64,000 nucleotides of DNA from Hormiphora californensis (lineage: Eukaryota; Animalia; Ctenophora), in NCBI GenBank assembly GCA_020137815.1, contig CM035350.1, forward strand, positions 5,890,001 to 5,954,000. The letters are read 5' to 3'. Below are positions 1 to 14,057 of the stretch, one piece after another. Numbering within the stretch: the first letter of the stretch is position 1; every line of letters starts with the position of its first letter. The translations under genes and the position numbers were made by a program. Under the pieces are notes generated by a model. The model was not told the DNA's origin. It made no database searches and saw only the letters and a program-made list of their open reading frames with translations.

Positions 1-319
1 AACTTCTTACTGCAGCGGACAGCAGTGCCAAAAAATCAAGAAAAGTTTTTTTTAAATGTCAACTCTCAGTCTAATTTTTTTTTGCTTGATTGATGATTAC
101 TGAAAAGCGCAGCGCAGTTTCTAAATATTTCGCGCGTACCATACTTTTCATCGTATGGAATCGTCGTAAGGCGGGCGCCGCGCGGGCGAGTTATCCAAAT
201 CAAATGTCGCTCGCTCCGCGATTTAAAAAACAACGGTCGATTTTCGAGATTCGCGGTTCTTTGTAAAATTTTGCACTTGTATCCTTCCTCTGGCTTACGC
301 TGTACTATCCATCTAGATG

Positions 320-540
320 GTGAACCATAATAAAGTTCAAGAGTGTCCAAGAGCGCACCCCATCCAAGAGAGACCAAAATCAAGAGCGCACCACAATCAA
401 GAGACCAAAATCAAGAGCGCACCACAATCAAGAGAGACCAAATCAAGAGCGCACCACAATCAAGAGAGACCAAATTCAAGAGCGCACCACATCTGGTCTC
501 TCTTGGATGGGGTGCGCTCTTGGGCGCTCTTGACCCCTAT
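320..540. mobile_element. Small non-autonomous element: inverted repeats enclosing a ~30-bp tandem array
   Basis: caagagtgtccaagagcgcaccccatccaagagagacca (~338-376) recurs inverted at ~494-532. Internal units read caatcaagagagaccaaaatcaagagcgcacca. The same 5' head (gtgaaccataataaagttca) recurs at 7064 beside the gap. Confidence 0.6.
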
Positions 541-671
541 CCTGGTCGGCGGTGTGCCTACCTCAGTAGTACTTATTCCTAGCACTGATTCCCTATGATG
601 AACCCCGCCCTGATCGCCCAACGCTTCGTAAATTTTAGTAGTTTTTTGACATCTCCGACTCGACCCCAAAA

Positions 672-1494
672 CTAACTTGTTAATGTGCCGTTCTTGTCTA
701 GCGATAGTGGTACCAGTAAGATTCTTGTTACAGATGTGACAGTAGACTTCTCTCCTTCTTTCTTGGTGCTCCCCTCCTCACTCCAACTATCAGATGTAGT
801 GATAGAGGCAGTCTCCCCTGCAGAGAGAACACTCTTTTTTGCTCTCACTAGACACACTCTTCCTTCTCACTATCACTGAGGATCTCCCTTTCTTGTGCCA
901 CCCTGCTTATCAGCTGTACTGCCACATTCTGTGGACGAATTACGGGGCCTGCCTGTTCGTCTCTTCTTCCCATTTACTGCATCACTCTTCTCTGCTTTTT
1001 TTCCTTTACTTCCATCTTCCTTCTTCTGTCTGCCCCTACTTCTACCCCTCGGTTTATTCTCAGATTCAGCCTCTCCTTCCTCTGGATGTGTACCAGAAGT
1101 TGTTTCCGTAAATTCCCTCATAGAAAGGCAATATCTCCACTCTTTTCTACCATCCTTCAGGGCCAAGTATGAATCCCCTTGCGAGGTGTCCGCTATAACC
1201 ACCAGATTCTTGGACTGACTGGCACTCTTGGACACCATAGAGTTGCGAATCAACAGACTATCATCAGGGGAAGGATCTTTCAACAGACTATCATCAGGAG
1301 AAGGTTCTTTCTGAGGGGTTGGAGGGAGTTTCCTCTTCTTAGAGGATGGCATTCCCCGACATGACTTCTCCAGGACCACAGAGCATCTCCGACTCTTGAT
1401 TATCTGGTTGGGACGGTGTGGGGTGCTGCCACAAGTCATCATCGTCTTCCGAAGAGATGTTAAGAAGCCTGGATCGCTTCATAACCGATATCAT
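672..1494 (-). CDS. Uncharacterised basic/Ser-rich, probably disordered nuclear protein; frameshifted in this assembly
   Basis: Overlapping ORFs 873-1442 and 672-857 (SSKKRKLPPTP, KKRRTGRPR). An upstream frame reads MKRSRLLNISSEDDDD after a tttag acceptor near 1518. Confidence 0.45.
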
Positions 1495-1664
1495 GAGGTA
1501 TCCCCCTTATTGATAGCTAAAAGGGGAAGAGAGAAGGTTTATAAGTGGGGCTATGAAGAGAGTAGGGAGAGAAAGGGAGAGAAACATAAAACGATTCTGT
1601 TAATAAATAGAGATCACAAAAATCGGTTAAACTGGTTAAAATATTCCTCCCATGTGTTCCATGT

Positions 1665-4600
1665 CTATCGCCACGCGAAAATGATTTGTTGTTTGAGAAA
1701 GATCCTCCAGAATTACCACCAAGGAATCCCCTGTTGTTGTTAGTGTTAGACAGATCACCAAAACCTGAAGAGCAGAAAGATATAATTTAGGGAATTAGGG
1801 CACGCCGAAAGTTAGAATTTAAACAAAAACAAAACGATATAATTTCTACGTGTGAAATATCAATTAATATAAAAGTGGTTTCCAAACTGACCTGTAGATC
1901 CACCAGTATTTCCCCGAATATCCACCACCACCTCCAGGACGATCCAAATGTGCCTCCTCCTCCTGCTGCTGTTGAGTCACCCCCAACACACTCCCCCTCC
2001 AAAAGCTGACCCAAAAGTCCCACCCGATGGAGCACCAAATGCTGGAGTCGTGCCAAAAGCAGGTGTTGAACCAAATGCCGGGGTGGACCGAAGGCAGGGG
2101 TGGAACCAAAAGCGGGCGCTGTTCCAAATCCACTGCTATTAGAATTGTTGGCTGTTCCAAACCTAAACAAAAGGAAATGAGACATTTTAGAAAAGGATTT
2201 GGTCTCAACTCTTTGTAGATATTATAGAAGTTTTACAAAGAATACTGGCCGGTACCAACCTGGGTTAGTAGTAGCTGCTGTTCCAAATCCTCCGCCGGAA
2301 AACCGAAACCAGATGTTGAACTAGACCCAAAACCACCACCCCCAAAGGCACCACTACTGGATCCAAACCAGTGGAAGTTGTTTCCCGTACTGCCTGATCC
2401 GAACAACCCACTACCAGATGTAGTTGTAAGGCGGCACTACCAAACCCAGTTGATGAAGTGGTTGCAGTACCGAACCCTCCAAATCCCACCTGAGCTGCTG
2501 TTAGTAGTAAGGATCCAAAGAGGCCAGTGCTGGCAGTAGTAGTGACTGTGGTTGTACTACCAAACAACCCGCCACCAGTAGATGCCTCTGTTTTAGCGGC
2601 AAATATTTACTTGTTCCCCCTGCAGGTTTCCCAAACAAGCTAAGCTAAAGGGGCTGGCTGATTTGTCTGGGGCAGTAGCACCAAATATTCCCCGTCACCA
2701 CCTCCACCGAATGGGTTACTAGGAGAATCTGAACTTGTCTTTTTGTCCCCTCCAAGAGATAACCCAAACAACCCACCAGCACTGCTGATTGCTGTGGAGA
2801 CCTCTCCAATAGGCTCTTTCCCTGGCTCTCCTTTTTCTCATCCCTTCTTTGGTGTCTCAGTAGTTGCTTTCTCTGGGTATTCTTGGCTGGTGTGGAGGGT
2901 GATTTCTCCTGGCTGCTAACCAGACTGCCCCCAATACTGGGAGAGAGGACCAGCAAAGATGTTACCCACTACAGGTTTCTCACTAAACACATCATCACTT
3001 GGTTTAGAGTCCAGGGCAAGGAAGAAGTTGCCCCCGGTAGAGGAAGGTGCGGCAGCAGGGAATGTAGACCTCCACCAAATATATTGGTGGCTGGAGCGTT
3101 AGCTGCAGCAAATATGTTAGATGTGGATGGTTTAGCTGCTAGAGGATTATCCGCTGCTTTCTTCTCTGCTTCTTTCTTATCAAACGAGCGGCGGGAACCC
3201 CAACGACAGGGAAACCCCCCTCAGGGGACTTACTGGGACCCACAGGGGCGGGTGTTGTCGTTTTGGGAACACTAGAATGGGCGCCTGACTAATGGCTGAC
3301 TGGGAGCTGGCTATTGGAAGACAGGAGCAAAGCCGAACTGAGAACCCCCGTCAGTCTTAGTAGAGGGGGAGTGGCTCTTGTGGTAGCAAGAGGAGAGGTT
3401 GTACTGTGATGGTGGCAGTTGTAGCTGTGACAAAGAGGCCTGCAGTTGGACCAGATCCAAATAAATTCTTTGGAGTCGCAGCACCAAACAGACTTGTAGC
3501 AGTTGATGAAGGAGCAGTAGCACCAAACAGACTTGTTGCAGTTGATGAAGGAGCAATAGCACCAAACAGACTTGTAGCAGTTGATGAAGGAGCAGTAGCA
3601 CCAACAGGCTAGGAGCTTTGATGAAGGAGCAGTAGCACCAAACAGGCTAGGAGCAGTTGATGAAGGAGCAGTAGCTCCAAACAGACTTGTTGCAGTTGAT
3701 GAAGGAGCAGTAGCACCAAACAGACTGGGAGCAGTTGATGAAGGAGCAGTAGCACCAAACAGACTGGGAGCAGTTGAGAAGGAGCATTTTGCACCAAACA
3801 CAGGCTAGAGCAGTTGATGAAGGAGCAGTAGCACCAAACAGACTGGGAGCAGTTTGATGAAGGAGCAGTAGCACCAAACAGACTGGAGCAGTTGATGAAG
3901 GAGCAGTAGCACCAAACAACTGGGAGCAGTTGATGAAGGAGCGTAGCACCAACAGACTAGAGCAGTTGATGAAGGAGCAGAAGCACCAAACAGACTAGAG
4001 CAGTTGATGAAGGAGCACTAAAGAGTCCTGATGAACTCGATACAGGTTTGGCTAGAGAAGATACCGGCTGGATAACAGCGTTTGGTACCTGGCCAGGTAA
4101 AACTGGTCCTTTGGTCCTCAGCACAGGGACAAACTTGTCTGCATTCTTGTCCACCGGAGCAGGATCTTTTCCGACAAAGTCCCACAACTTGTTGACTAGT
4201 TCCTTAGTTCCCTTCTCCTTCTCCTCAGTGCTCTGTTTCACTTGAGGCATGGCGGGTTTGTATTGGAGTACCACACTAGACCTGGTTCATCATCTCATTA
4301 TCAGCCAGCCTTGTTGGATCCTCCGCATCAAACCGGGCCTTGGAGCTGTAGTTCAAAGTGGGCACTGCAGTCTTGATAATGTCACTCTTTACAGGGTTAG
4401 AGTATTCAGTTCACATCCTGTTTTGGGCGCACTGGAGTAGTGGTCTCTTTGGGAGCACTTTAGTGAAACTACTCACTGGGATATTTCAGCTTTGCAGGAG
4501 ATGTAACTACCCTAAGTCTGGAGATGTGTTCTCCAAGATCCCCTTGAGAAGTTTCTGTTTAGCTGGAGACACTCCTGACTTCTTGTGTTGCCTCCTATTC

Positions 4601-7014
4601 TCCTTGCCCTCCCCAGACTCCGACCTCAGGGAGAGGTTGCTCAGCTGATTGAGAAGGGTGTCTACAACTTTCTCCTGCTCTCTTGGATGGTCCTGTGTTG
4701 GGAGAGTGTCTTATAGATTGTTCTTGATGAAGTGTACTCTTCCCCTTAGTGTTCATGTTCTCCCACTCAGTATCCAGCTGCATGTTCAGGTCATTCACGA
4801 GGGACTGCATCTGTACAAACTTGCTGTATAGATCTCCCCTCAACTTCTTGGTCTCTTGTCCAGAGGTTTACTTTTAACAAGTGCCAGATAGGAGGGTCGG
4901 TGTAACAGGAATATGTCCCCTTTGCATCCTCCAGGAGGCCAGAGCAGCCAGTAAGTTCCTTCTCATTCTGAATCTCTTCATTTACATCACCAAGCACCGA
5001 AGCAGCCTCATTCAGCTCTGATTTGAGACTGGTGGCCGTTACAGCGATCCCTTTCAGCTCGTTTTTATCCAAGATATCCTTGACATCTTCCAGACGGGCA
5101 CTGTCCTTCTTGTGCTGTGCGAGGAAGGCAGTAAGTTCTGGATCTCCTCCTCAATACTCTTCCTGTACATTGCATCGTTATTCACAACAGGTTCCACCTT
5201 CTTCTCAACTGGAGGTGTAGGTTTAACTGGTGGAACTGCAGAGTAGGGATGGATGGTTTCCTGGACAGAGGTTCCTTCTTCACAACCTCAGGAACTGGTC
5301 TGGGGGCTACTGCTGCTACTGGAGGGGTGTTGGTTCAGGGGGCCGGAGAGATCCGAATGAGGGGAGAATTGGGGATGGTTTAGGAGTGGAGGCGGTTAGA
5401 GAACCTCCCAGACCTCCAAACAGTCCTCCAAGTGGTGCAGATGAGGGTAGTGGGGTACCGGGTGGAGCGGGTTGGAGAGAAGGAGCGGGTTGGAGGGAAG
5501 GAGGAGGGGCAGTGGGTAGAGGGGCAGAGCAACTTTCACTGTCACATTCACTAAACTCTGGCACGGCTAGCAGGGAGGGGAGGGGCTGCCAATTGGGCTT
5601 GTCAGGGTATCAGGGACGGCCATGTTAATCAGTTTGAACCCTGCCAGTACACCCTCACTAGTGAGTGTTAGTAGTACGGGCTCCCTGGGATTATCTCTCT
5701 CCCATGACAGTGGGTTCAGTAGTTTTAATCAAGAGACATGCCCACTGGGTATGTGGCCCTCCCCATCTGCATAGGGCATCTCAGCCCTAGCTCCCTCGTC
5801 CAAGTTGAACAGAAACTGGCCCTGTTTTCTCTGGCACTGCTCCAATAAATGCCAGCTCTAGGCCCCTGCTGCAGCCCAATGCTAGTGTGTTCCAGGGCAG
5901 ACTTGGGCGAACATAATACCGAGTGCTCTACCCGGCTCACTGTAGAAAACATCATCGAAATCAGTAAACTTTGTTGCGATACTCTTATCTTTGAACTGAA
6001 AAACAGGGAGTTAATATTAGTAGAAATATAACAAGGGATGTATAGATAAAACCAGATAACCTGGGTAATCTCCCATAGCCACTAAACATCATTGATTAAT
6101 TACATTTTCCACGTGAACTATCTTGAATTTGTCCTCCTGTTCAAATACAGCGACGTATTCGAAAGTGCTAATCCAGAAGAGATCTCTTGCTGCGGGTGCG
6201 CCCCAGAACATCCCAACTGGAGGGCGGTACACCGGGCAATATCCAGGGTGGGTTTCAGGTTGATTATCTGCCCAGAAATAGTGCCCACTGCCAACTGCTT
6301 TCCCTTGCTACTCCAGCACAAGGATTGGGCACCAAATCCAGGTTTAAAGCTCATCTGGACAATAGAATCCCCTTTCAACTCCACACCGCTACATCGCCCT
6401 GTACAGTGGCAGTTTGCAAGGACTGCAGGCTGACCAGGATTCCACATCGGCTTGGAACCTGCGTGGGATGGAGGGTTAAACAACCTGGTATAGGAAGGCT
6501 ATAGTAGGAATTCGTCATAAAGAGCACGGTACTACAATTCGCATTGAGTTTAGTTTGAGCGAACACAGCAGGATTTGTATCCAGTATCGGATATCAACAA
6601 AATGCAGCATTGAGTCCTTTGTTGCAATGGACACAACAAGTCCGTCTGAGGCCACAGACACATCAAAACAGTAGAACTAAATCCGAATCGAGAAACAGGT
6701 TTTGGAGCATCAACGCTTAAATTTGCCTTTTCTCTTGTGAAGATTTCGTAAATCTGCGACTTCTTGTAGACGTTTACAACTGCAAGGGAGGACAAGAATG
6801 TCAGGACTTGTTACTACTTACTCAATAGGTCTTGCATTATAAAGTTGATTGTAATCACAATTTATGTTAATCTACCTTTATCACAGGCAACTAAAATGTG
6901 GCCAAACTTCGTATTTGTAACCAAACTACATTTTTCTTCCTCGATCGAAGATCCACATCGAATTTTGGGCAGAAACTTGCACTGGAAGTGCTTCACTTCT
7001 GCCTCTTGGTCCAT
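1665..7014 (-). CDS. NUP214: Nucleoporin Nup214/CAN, multi-exon, with many apparent assembly indels
   Basis: Start reads MDQEAEVKHFQCKFLPKIR. Beta-propeller motifs WNPGQPAVLA and LCWSSKGKQLAVGT. Coiled-coil region ~4600-5150. FG repeats ~1700-4000. Last exon ends ..SFSNNKSFS(x)WR-stop. Confidence 0.9.
3480..4020 (-). repeat. 39-bp coding tandem repeat (SLFGATAPSSTA[P/T]), about 14 copies, in the Nup214 FG domain
   Basis: gcaccaaacagact recurs at 3481, 3520, 3559 and onward. Confidence 0.9.
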
Positions 7015-7096
7015 TCTACAGAGCAAAATTAATAGTTAATCGGGTTAAATTTGTTTTAGAATAGTGAACCATAATAAAGTTCAGAGAGCGTCCAAT

Positions 7097-7196
7097 NNNN
7101 NNNNNNNNNNNNNNNNNNNNNNNNNNNNNNNNNNNNNNNNNNNNNNNNNNNNNNNNNNNNNNNNNNNNNNNNNNNNNNNNNNNNNNNNNNNNNNNN
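7097..7196. other. Assembly gap (100 N)
   Basis: Run of N. Confidence 1.
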
Positions 7197-7304
7197 TATT
7201 GGTTGCCTGTTTGCCTCTAGAGCAGCTGCTGCAGCGGCCCCTTCCTGGGGTAATTGATCTCTGTTATTACTGTCCTCCCCACCTTGCTGCTCCCCATTCT
7301 GATC

Positions 7305-7400
7305 TGCTCCATTCTGCTGCCCATTAGCGCCGTTCTGCTGCCCATTAGCGCCGTTCTGCTGCCCATTAGCGCCGTTCTGCTGCCCATTAGCGCCGTGTTG
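7305..7400. repeat. 21-bp tandem repeat, about 4 copies
   Basis: ctgctgcccattagcgccgtt repeated. Confidence 0.85.
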
Positions 7401-7669
7401 GGCAGCACTACCTTCTTGTCTTTCTGCATCTTTGTTCTCTGCGTCGTCCCTAAAATGAGAACAGTTTGTTTGGGTAATGAAAATGGATTTTTTGAAGCTG
7501 TCACCCCTTCTCGTGCTCTTTCACAAGCGCATGCATTTGGGGGTGACAACTTCAAAATCCTGTCAGAGCATTGGCCTGACAGTCAAAATCCGACTTTGCC
7601 AACTAACCCTGCTTGAGACAGGACGGAACTAGGCAAGTAATACTCAACTACTACCCAGAGCTGCACTAC

Positions 7670-7904
7670 TCACAGTTCATCCTGTATGATACGATGCAGT
7701 GTTTTGATGGCAGTAGTGGTGATTGTGGAATCCTTCTCCAACCAGGCACACATATCATCTGTCCCGGTAGAGGTGGTGAGAAGAGTACACACCAGGGAGA
7801 GACACACTGCTGACAAACTGTGCTCCACGCGGCCATTCCCCATCACACGGTGAATCACCTTGGGCAGTGCTGTAAAAGGAGAAGATCAGAGAGAGAGGAG
7901 AGAG

Positions 7905-7994
<90 letters not shown>

Positions 7995-8876
7995 TCATGG
8001 ATTCTCACCGGGGCACTGTGCCATGTTTTCTACAGCCCTCTTCTCCTCACACAGATACTGTAGGCATCGCAACAGTGGCTCTTCCAGTGTAGAATTCCTC
8101 TTGAGTAGATCCACAATGGGAAAGACGGTGTAGGCAGAGTTAGCTAAGAGAAGGGTATCTCGGTAGTAGAGTGACTCTAGGAGGTGTGGGGCACAGTGCT
8201 CTGTTAGCAGGCCACTCCGCATACTGCTCATCTCCAGTGTACTCTGGGGGAGGGAGTGTTGGGATTATGAAATATAATGGGGAATTTATTGGAATTATAT
8301 TCGTGTGACATTTTACACATTAATGTGTGTCGAACATTGTACCTGCATGATATGAATGAGTCGGTCGACTGTCTCCTCCGGTAGGACACCACTCCACCTT
8401 TCTGCCACATCCCCTCCCAGGGAGAGGGCCGCCCTGAGAAACCTGACCGTCTCCGTCAGCACTGAGATATCGTCCTCTTGAAGGATGGCCGGGATCATAG
8501 TCCGTAGAACACCATGACACGTTACTGCCTAGGGAGGAAGGAGGATTTAGGGTCTCAAATGAGGGGACAAAAAAAATTCGTTGTTAGTTTTACTGTAAAT
8601 TCTATTAAAACTATATGTTTCTAATATATCAGGGAACTATAGAGATCAGTGTACCTGAGCGGATGCACGATGGCACATAAGGTTTGCAAGTATTCCCAAA
8701 CTGATTTCCTTGACTCGGTAGTGCTTGGAACGGGCAAGGGGTGCTATCAGTAGGTCACACACTCCCTTCTCTATCATGAAGGCCCCCACTTGTCGGTCAC
8801 TAGTCATGTCCCATAGTTGGCAGAACTGGTTCTCCCTTTCCTCACTCATCTCATCTGTCTGAAGGGGTTGGAGCAT
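7670..8876 (-). CDS. SAAL1: SAAL1 (serum amyloid A-like 1, ARM-fold protein); 5' end uncertain
   Basis: EERENQFCQLWDMTSDRQVGAFM..SKHYRVKEISLGILANLMCH resembles the SAAL1 motif [37 protein letters not shown]. A later exon reads DDISVLTETVRFL. Confidence 0.8.
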
Positions 8877-9079
8877 GTTAGTTGGAGGACCACAATGAAC
8901 ATGGGTTGGTTACGAAGTCACCCCTTTTTTACCCACATGGGCGTCTCGCGCACGGCGGGGTAATCTCATTACCAGGAACATGGGTTACTCTAAGGCCGGG
9001 GCTAGACGAGTGGTATAGGTAGCTACTATGGAAGGCTATCATGGTAGGTAATATCGGGGTGTTCTGAGAGACTGATCCT

Positions 9080-10912
9080 AGTTAACCAAGGAATCGGAGC
9101 TGGAGTGTTCCGTGCAGTGCAACACCATGACTTGTTGGCAGAGGTTAGATGCGTTGAGAGTTATAGTCAACCCCCATCGACAGGCTATCATGGTAGATAT
9201 CAGTTATCTACCACACCCACCACTCGTCTTTTCAGAGGAAAACGAGGGGGGATGGGGTTGATGTTACCTCTTTGAGTGTTTGTGAGGAGAGGGAGACGAG
9301 GGGGTGATATTACCTCTTTGAGTGTTTGTGAGGAGATGGAGACGAGGGGGTGATATTACCTCTTTGAGTGTTTGTGAGGAGATGGAGGACGACAGGGGGG
9401 TTAGTATGCCTTTATGGCTGTCTAAGAGAAGGGTATAGTGAGGAAGGAGAGGGACGCAGGGGGGGATGTTACCTCTTGATGTTTGTGAGGAGAGGGAGAC
9501 GAGGGGGTGATGTACCTCTTTGAGGGTTTGTGAGGAGAGGAGACGAGGGGGTTGATGTACCTCTTTGAGTGGTGAGGAGGGGAGACGAGGGGGTGATGTT
9601 ACTCTTTGAGGTGTTTGTGAGGGAGATGGAGACGAGGGGGTGATGTTACCTCTTTGAGTGTTTGTGAGGAGAGGGAGACGAGGGCGTGATATTACCTCTT
9701 TGAGTGTTTGTGCAGGAGAGGGGACGAGGGGGTGATGTTACCTCTTTGAGTGTTTGTGAGGAGAGGGAGACGAGGGGGTGATGTTACCTCTTTGAGTGTT
9801 TGTGAGGAGAGGGGGACGAGGGCGTGATATTACCTCTTTGAGTGTCTGTGAGGAGAGGGGGGGGGGGGGGAGGTGTGTTACCTCTTTGAGTGTTTGTGCG
9901 GAGAGGGAGACGAGGGGTTGATATTACCTCTTTGAGTGTTTTTGAGGAGAGGGAGACGAGGGGGTGATGTTACCTCTTTGAGTGTTTGTGAGGAGAGGGA
10001 GACGAGGGGGTGATATTACCTCTTTGAGTGTTTGTGAGGAGAGGGAGACGAGGGGGTGATGTTACCTCTTTGAGTGTTTGTGAGGAGAGGGAGACGAGGG
10101 GGTGATGTTACCTCTTTGAGTGTTTGTGAGGAGAGGGAGACGAGGGGGTGCAGGTAATTTTATGAAAACAGCTACCATTAAACCAAAAATTGGGAACTGA
10201 CACTAACTGTGAGAGACCAACTTACAAAAAGTACCCGGGTATGTATAACAAAAGTGATGGTATACCCCCTTTCTAATGGGTGTCTACTACACACGCCAGG
10301 TGAGTTACCACCACCACCAGGGGATACTCCTAGCCCGAAGACGGCGGATAAGTTGCGGGTGACACCCCGAACACCCGTCCAATTGGTGACACCCACCTAC
10401 GGAACACCCTGTGGGGCAGTACCAACACCTTCCTCAAAGTATGTATTATACAGTAGGACGTCCCCGATTTGAATGTTATCTCTGATCTACCGAACCCTCG
10501 CGGAAAAATGATGGTATGAGCCACACCAGAAGTTACAACTTATAACTGTTTCAGTGCGAACACGCCCCAGTCAGTTGGCAGTACCCCATACTCAACTCGG
10601 TCCCTGAGGGTGAGGACTAGACGAGCCACCACGGAACCCTCTCTAGTATCAGTGTGCAGGGAGATGGCATGGTCCTTCCTCTACACCCTCGCTAACCATA
10701 TACCATCCGAAGGGTCCTGCGTACTGAAGTTAGTAGCAGGCTCTCTCCCTACTACCCGACATGAGGGGGTACTCAAGTTCACTCCCCCTCTAAACGTTTC
10801 TTAATTTTAAAAGCTATATTTTGCTTTCTGTCCCATAATATTAATCTCCCTCTCTCTTTCTCTCTCTCTTCTCTTCTCTCTCTTCTCTCTCTCTCTCTCT
10901 CCCTCTCTCTCA

Positions 10913-10955
<43 letters not shown>

Positions 10956-11018
10956 TCTCTCTCTCTCTCTATCCCCCCTCTGTCTCTCTCTGTCTCTCTC
11001 TCACTCTCTCTCTCTCTA

Positions 11019-11080
<62 letters not shown>

Positions 11081-11108
11081 ACTCTCTCTCTCTCTCTCTG
11101 TCTCTCTG

Positions 11109-11182
<74 letters not shown>

Positions 11183-11368
11183 ATCCCTCTCCCCCTTTCA
11201 AGGTACGTGTCAGAATGGATGTCAGAGTTGCTATACTGTTTCAACTCCGAGGGTGACAAGCATGTTGAGCTGGCGATGCTCTACAAGTCCCACCTTAGAG
11301 AAATACCCCACATTTTGAGGATGCTTGTATCAAACTTAACGAGTATATTGCCCAACACGCACCGGTAG
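9080..11368 (+). CDS. Fragmentary gene with weak resemblance to the FAAP100 C-terminal half
   Basis: Exon-like segments ELECSVQCNTMTCWQR, VIL(E)NSYH..NWELTLTVRDQ and ELAMLYKSHLREIP. Frameshifted, and there is little room for an N-terminus upstream. Confidence 0.25.
9245..10150. repeat. 46-bp minisatellite, about 19 copies
   Basis: Unit gagggggtgatgttacctctttgagtgtttgtgaggagagggagac; period seen at 10041 and 10087. Confidence 0.95.
10845..11195. repeat. (CT)n/(AG)n microsatellite, representative of many in the window
   Basis: Long CT runs. Similar runs at ~7890, 13955, 14170, 17462, 22026, 32480, 35156, 41850 and 47229. Confidence 0.95.
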
Positions 11369-12159
11369 TGGCTGTACAGCTATGATAGGGGACAGTCGAG
11401 ACTATTATAATAGTCCCTATATAATAAGACATTGCTAAAGGGAACATTTTATCTCAACTTTTAACAGATCAATTGATTGTTATTTAATAATTTTATTGAT
11501 AACAGTTATGGTTTTGTAAAAGGGTTTCCCAATTTTATTGATCTAACCCCCTCCCTCTTTACTTTTCAAATTCCCCCTTTTAAAATATCCTCGAGTTCCC
11601 GTTTCAATCTCTACGTCCGTCCTAATAATTGTTCCCCCTGGGGTTCTTTCCCCCCTAAATTTTCCCCCGGGGGGAAATGAATCTTCCTCTGGGGTTCTTT
11701 CCCTCCTAAATTCTTTTCCCATCCGGGGTTTGAATCTTTCCATCCTATAATTTTTCCTGGGGAAATGAATCTGTTCTTCCTTTTTCTACCTTTGGGGTCT
11801 TTCCCCCGGGGGAAATTTTTCCCATCCTTCCTGATATCTCCTCCGTTACCCCCCCTTTTCCCTTTCTTTTCTACCCCCCCTTTCCCGGGGGTGTTGTATT
11901 TTATTTTTTTCGTAACTCTTTCCCTCCGCTCTCTCTCTCTCTTTTCCCTCTCTCTCTCCTCTCTCTCCTCTCTCTCTCTATCCCCTCTTCCTTCTCTCTC
12001 TCTATCTTCTCTCTCTCTCTCTCCCCTCTCTCTCCTCTCTCCTCTTCTCTCCCCAAACCCTTCTCTTTTTTCCCCGTTCTCTCATTGTAATGCCAATGCT
12101 CCCCTTTTGGGTTTTTTCTCACTTAAATGCTTGCCCCGTTTTCTAGCGTATTGAACTGG

Positions 12160-12285
12160 CCACGTGTGTCACGTGACAATCACGTGCCTTCGTTCCACCA
12201 ATAGGAGGCGCGGAGAGCACTCGTGTCGGCTCGTGCTGCCAATCAAAATGAAGGCACTTTAACCAGCGATCACCCCACACGTGCT
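12160..12285. promoter_or_regulatory. Promoter-like cluster of E-boxes and CCAAT boxes
   Basis: Four CACGTG sites, including palindromic GTCACGTGAC, and two CCAAT within ~125 bp. Confidence 0.4.
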
Positions 12286-12741
12286 TAAATTTAATCGACT
12301 GCCTTGATAGCTATAGTATTCCCTTTCCCTTTTACTTTTTTTGATACAAACGTTGGCCCCCCCCCCGAAAAAAAGAAAAAAAAAGAATTCTTTGACCCTT
12401 TTTCAAGCCAAGAGTTGCCCCTAGTTTTGCACTATCAACATTGTTCTGAGTTCTCTCCATCCCGGCCTCCCGATAGATATATTTCCGGGTATGGCCCCGC
12501 AGCTCAGGGGGATTGACTGCAGTTTTACCAAAAATTTTTTCCCCTTCCCCGATAACGAGAAGGAAAAGTAAAGGGTCGGTTTCCTTAATTTGTTAGCTTC
12601 ACATTTTTCTCCCCTTTATTGGGGGCAAAAAAACAAAGGTGAATCAGTCCAGTACAAAGGAAGGCCCCCACCACACTATTGTTGTTTTGACAAATCTTCT
12701 TCTCCTCAAACCAGTTCCTCAATTCTCTCTCTCTCTCTCTC

Positions 12742-12791
<50 letters not shown>

Positions 12792-13977
12792 TCCCCCTTC
12801 CTCTTTCTCTCTTCTCTCACCCTTCCCCCTTTTTCCAAAAAAAAAAAAAAGGGGGGGGGGGAAAAAAAGGGGAAAGAGGAGAGGAAAAATGGTTAAGAGC
12901 TCCAAAATTTTCTTTTATCCGGAAAATCGCTTTTGAAGATTTGAGAAAGGTAAGGAAAAAGTGTTTTAAAAAAATTCCCCCAAAGGATTTTTTAAAAATT
13001 TTTTTAAAAAAGGGGGGGGGAAAAATCCTCCCTTTTTTCCCTTTTTTGGGGTCTCTCTCTCTTCTCTCCCCTCCCCCTGCCAAAAAGGGGGGATGTTGGC
13101 CCCGATTTCACCTGGGTGGGTTTTTGGGGGACTCCCCTTTACAACAAAATACCAATTACCCACAACAGGATACGACGCGCTGCTGTAGTGACAGAGGGAT
13201 GGACATAACAATGAGTAAACAGTAGCAATCCATCTTATATCAGCTTCAGTCTTTGACAGTCACTCTCTCTCTCTCCTTCCCTCCCTCCCTCTGTATTGGG
13301 ATCCTCCTTCTATCGCTCTGATCTATCTCTCCATCTCTATCTCTCCTGGTTTATACCAGCTCCTTTGTCGCAGATTATTGATGATTGATGTCCGTTACCC
13401 CGCCGTCACTTATAACAAACACACAAGTAGTGGACAGTACTATAATTAGCGTGACAGTGATGGCCACTCACATAGTTCAGCTACCACAATTTCCCTGTCA
13501 CAGTCTCTTCTGACTTCACAATAAGTCTGACAATCACCCGGGCCAAATCATATATAACTTCCAATTTTCACTCCATCTACAACGTTTCACCTGTGTGGTG
13601 TCTCTGATTCAATTCAATAATCTAACCCTTGTACATAGCTTGTTAGTATATTGTAGGTTATTATAGTTGACCAATCTTGCTCAGATAATACGAGTAGTAA
13701 CAATCAATTCTTTCCTAACCCGTTCTAACATAATATAATCGTAGTGCGCTCTCTCTATTGGTTATCATGGCTCCCCTATATACCAATCCTAACAATCTAT
13801 TATCATTTTTCTAGCTCTCCCGGTATGCGTTGTTACTCTCTTGTAGTTATTGATGATTGAGGCCCTTTGTCCATCACACACACGCCAATAGATGGTCCCA
13901 ATAGGTTTAGGATTTTCCTCTCCCTTTCGTATAATACCAATACTGGTTAATTGTTCTCTCTCTCTTCTCTCTCTCTC

Positions 13978-14057
<80 letters not shown>

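Noticed and set aside
1665-7014. Nup214 as a pseudogene or a programmed frameshifting gene
   Set aside because: An essential gene with scattered 1-nt indels in a visibly noisy region next to a gap; sequencing error is the simpler explanation.
7200-7620. Coding segment with NGANGQQ repeats
   Set aside because: Stops upstream, adjacent to the gap and no recognisable domain; cannot be assigned.
9245-10150. Regular repeats resembling a CRISPR array (also 18128-18484 and 44472-44676)
   Set aside because: Head-to-tail units without unique spacers, no cas genes, eukaryotic context; these are minisatellites.
11500-13150. Homopolymer-rich sequence and its K/F/P/G-rich ORFs (also 31050-32050)
   Set aside because: The pattern is typical of low-quality consensus beside long AG repeats, so the ORFs are not credible.
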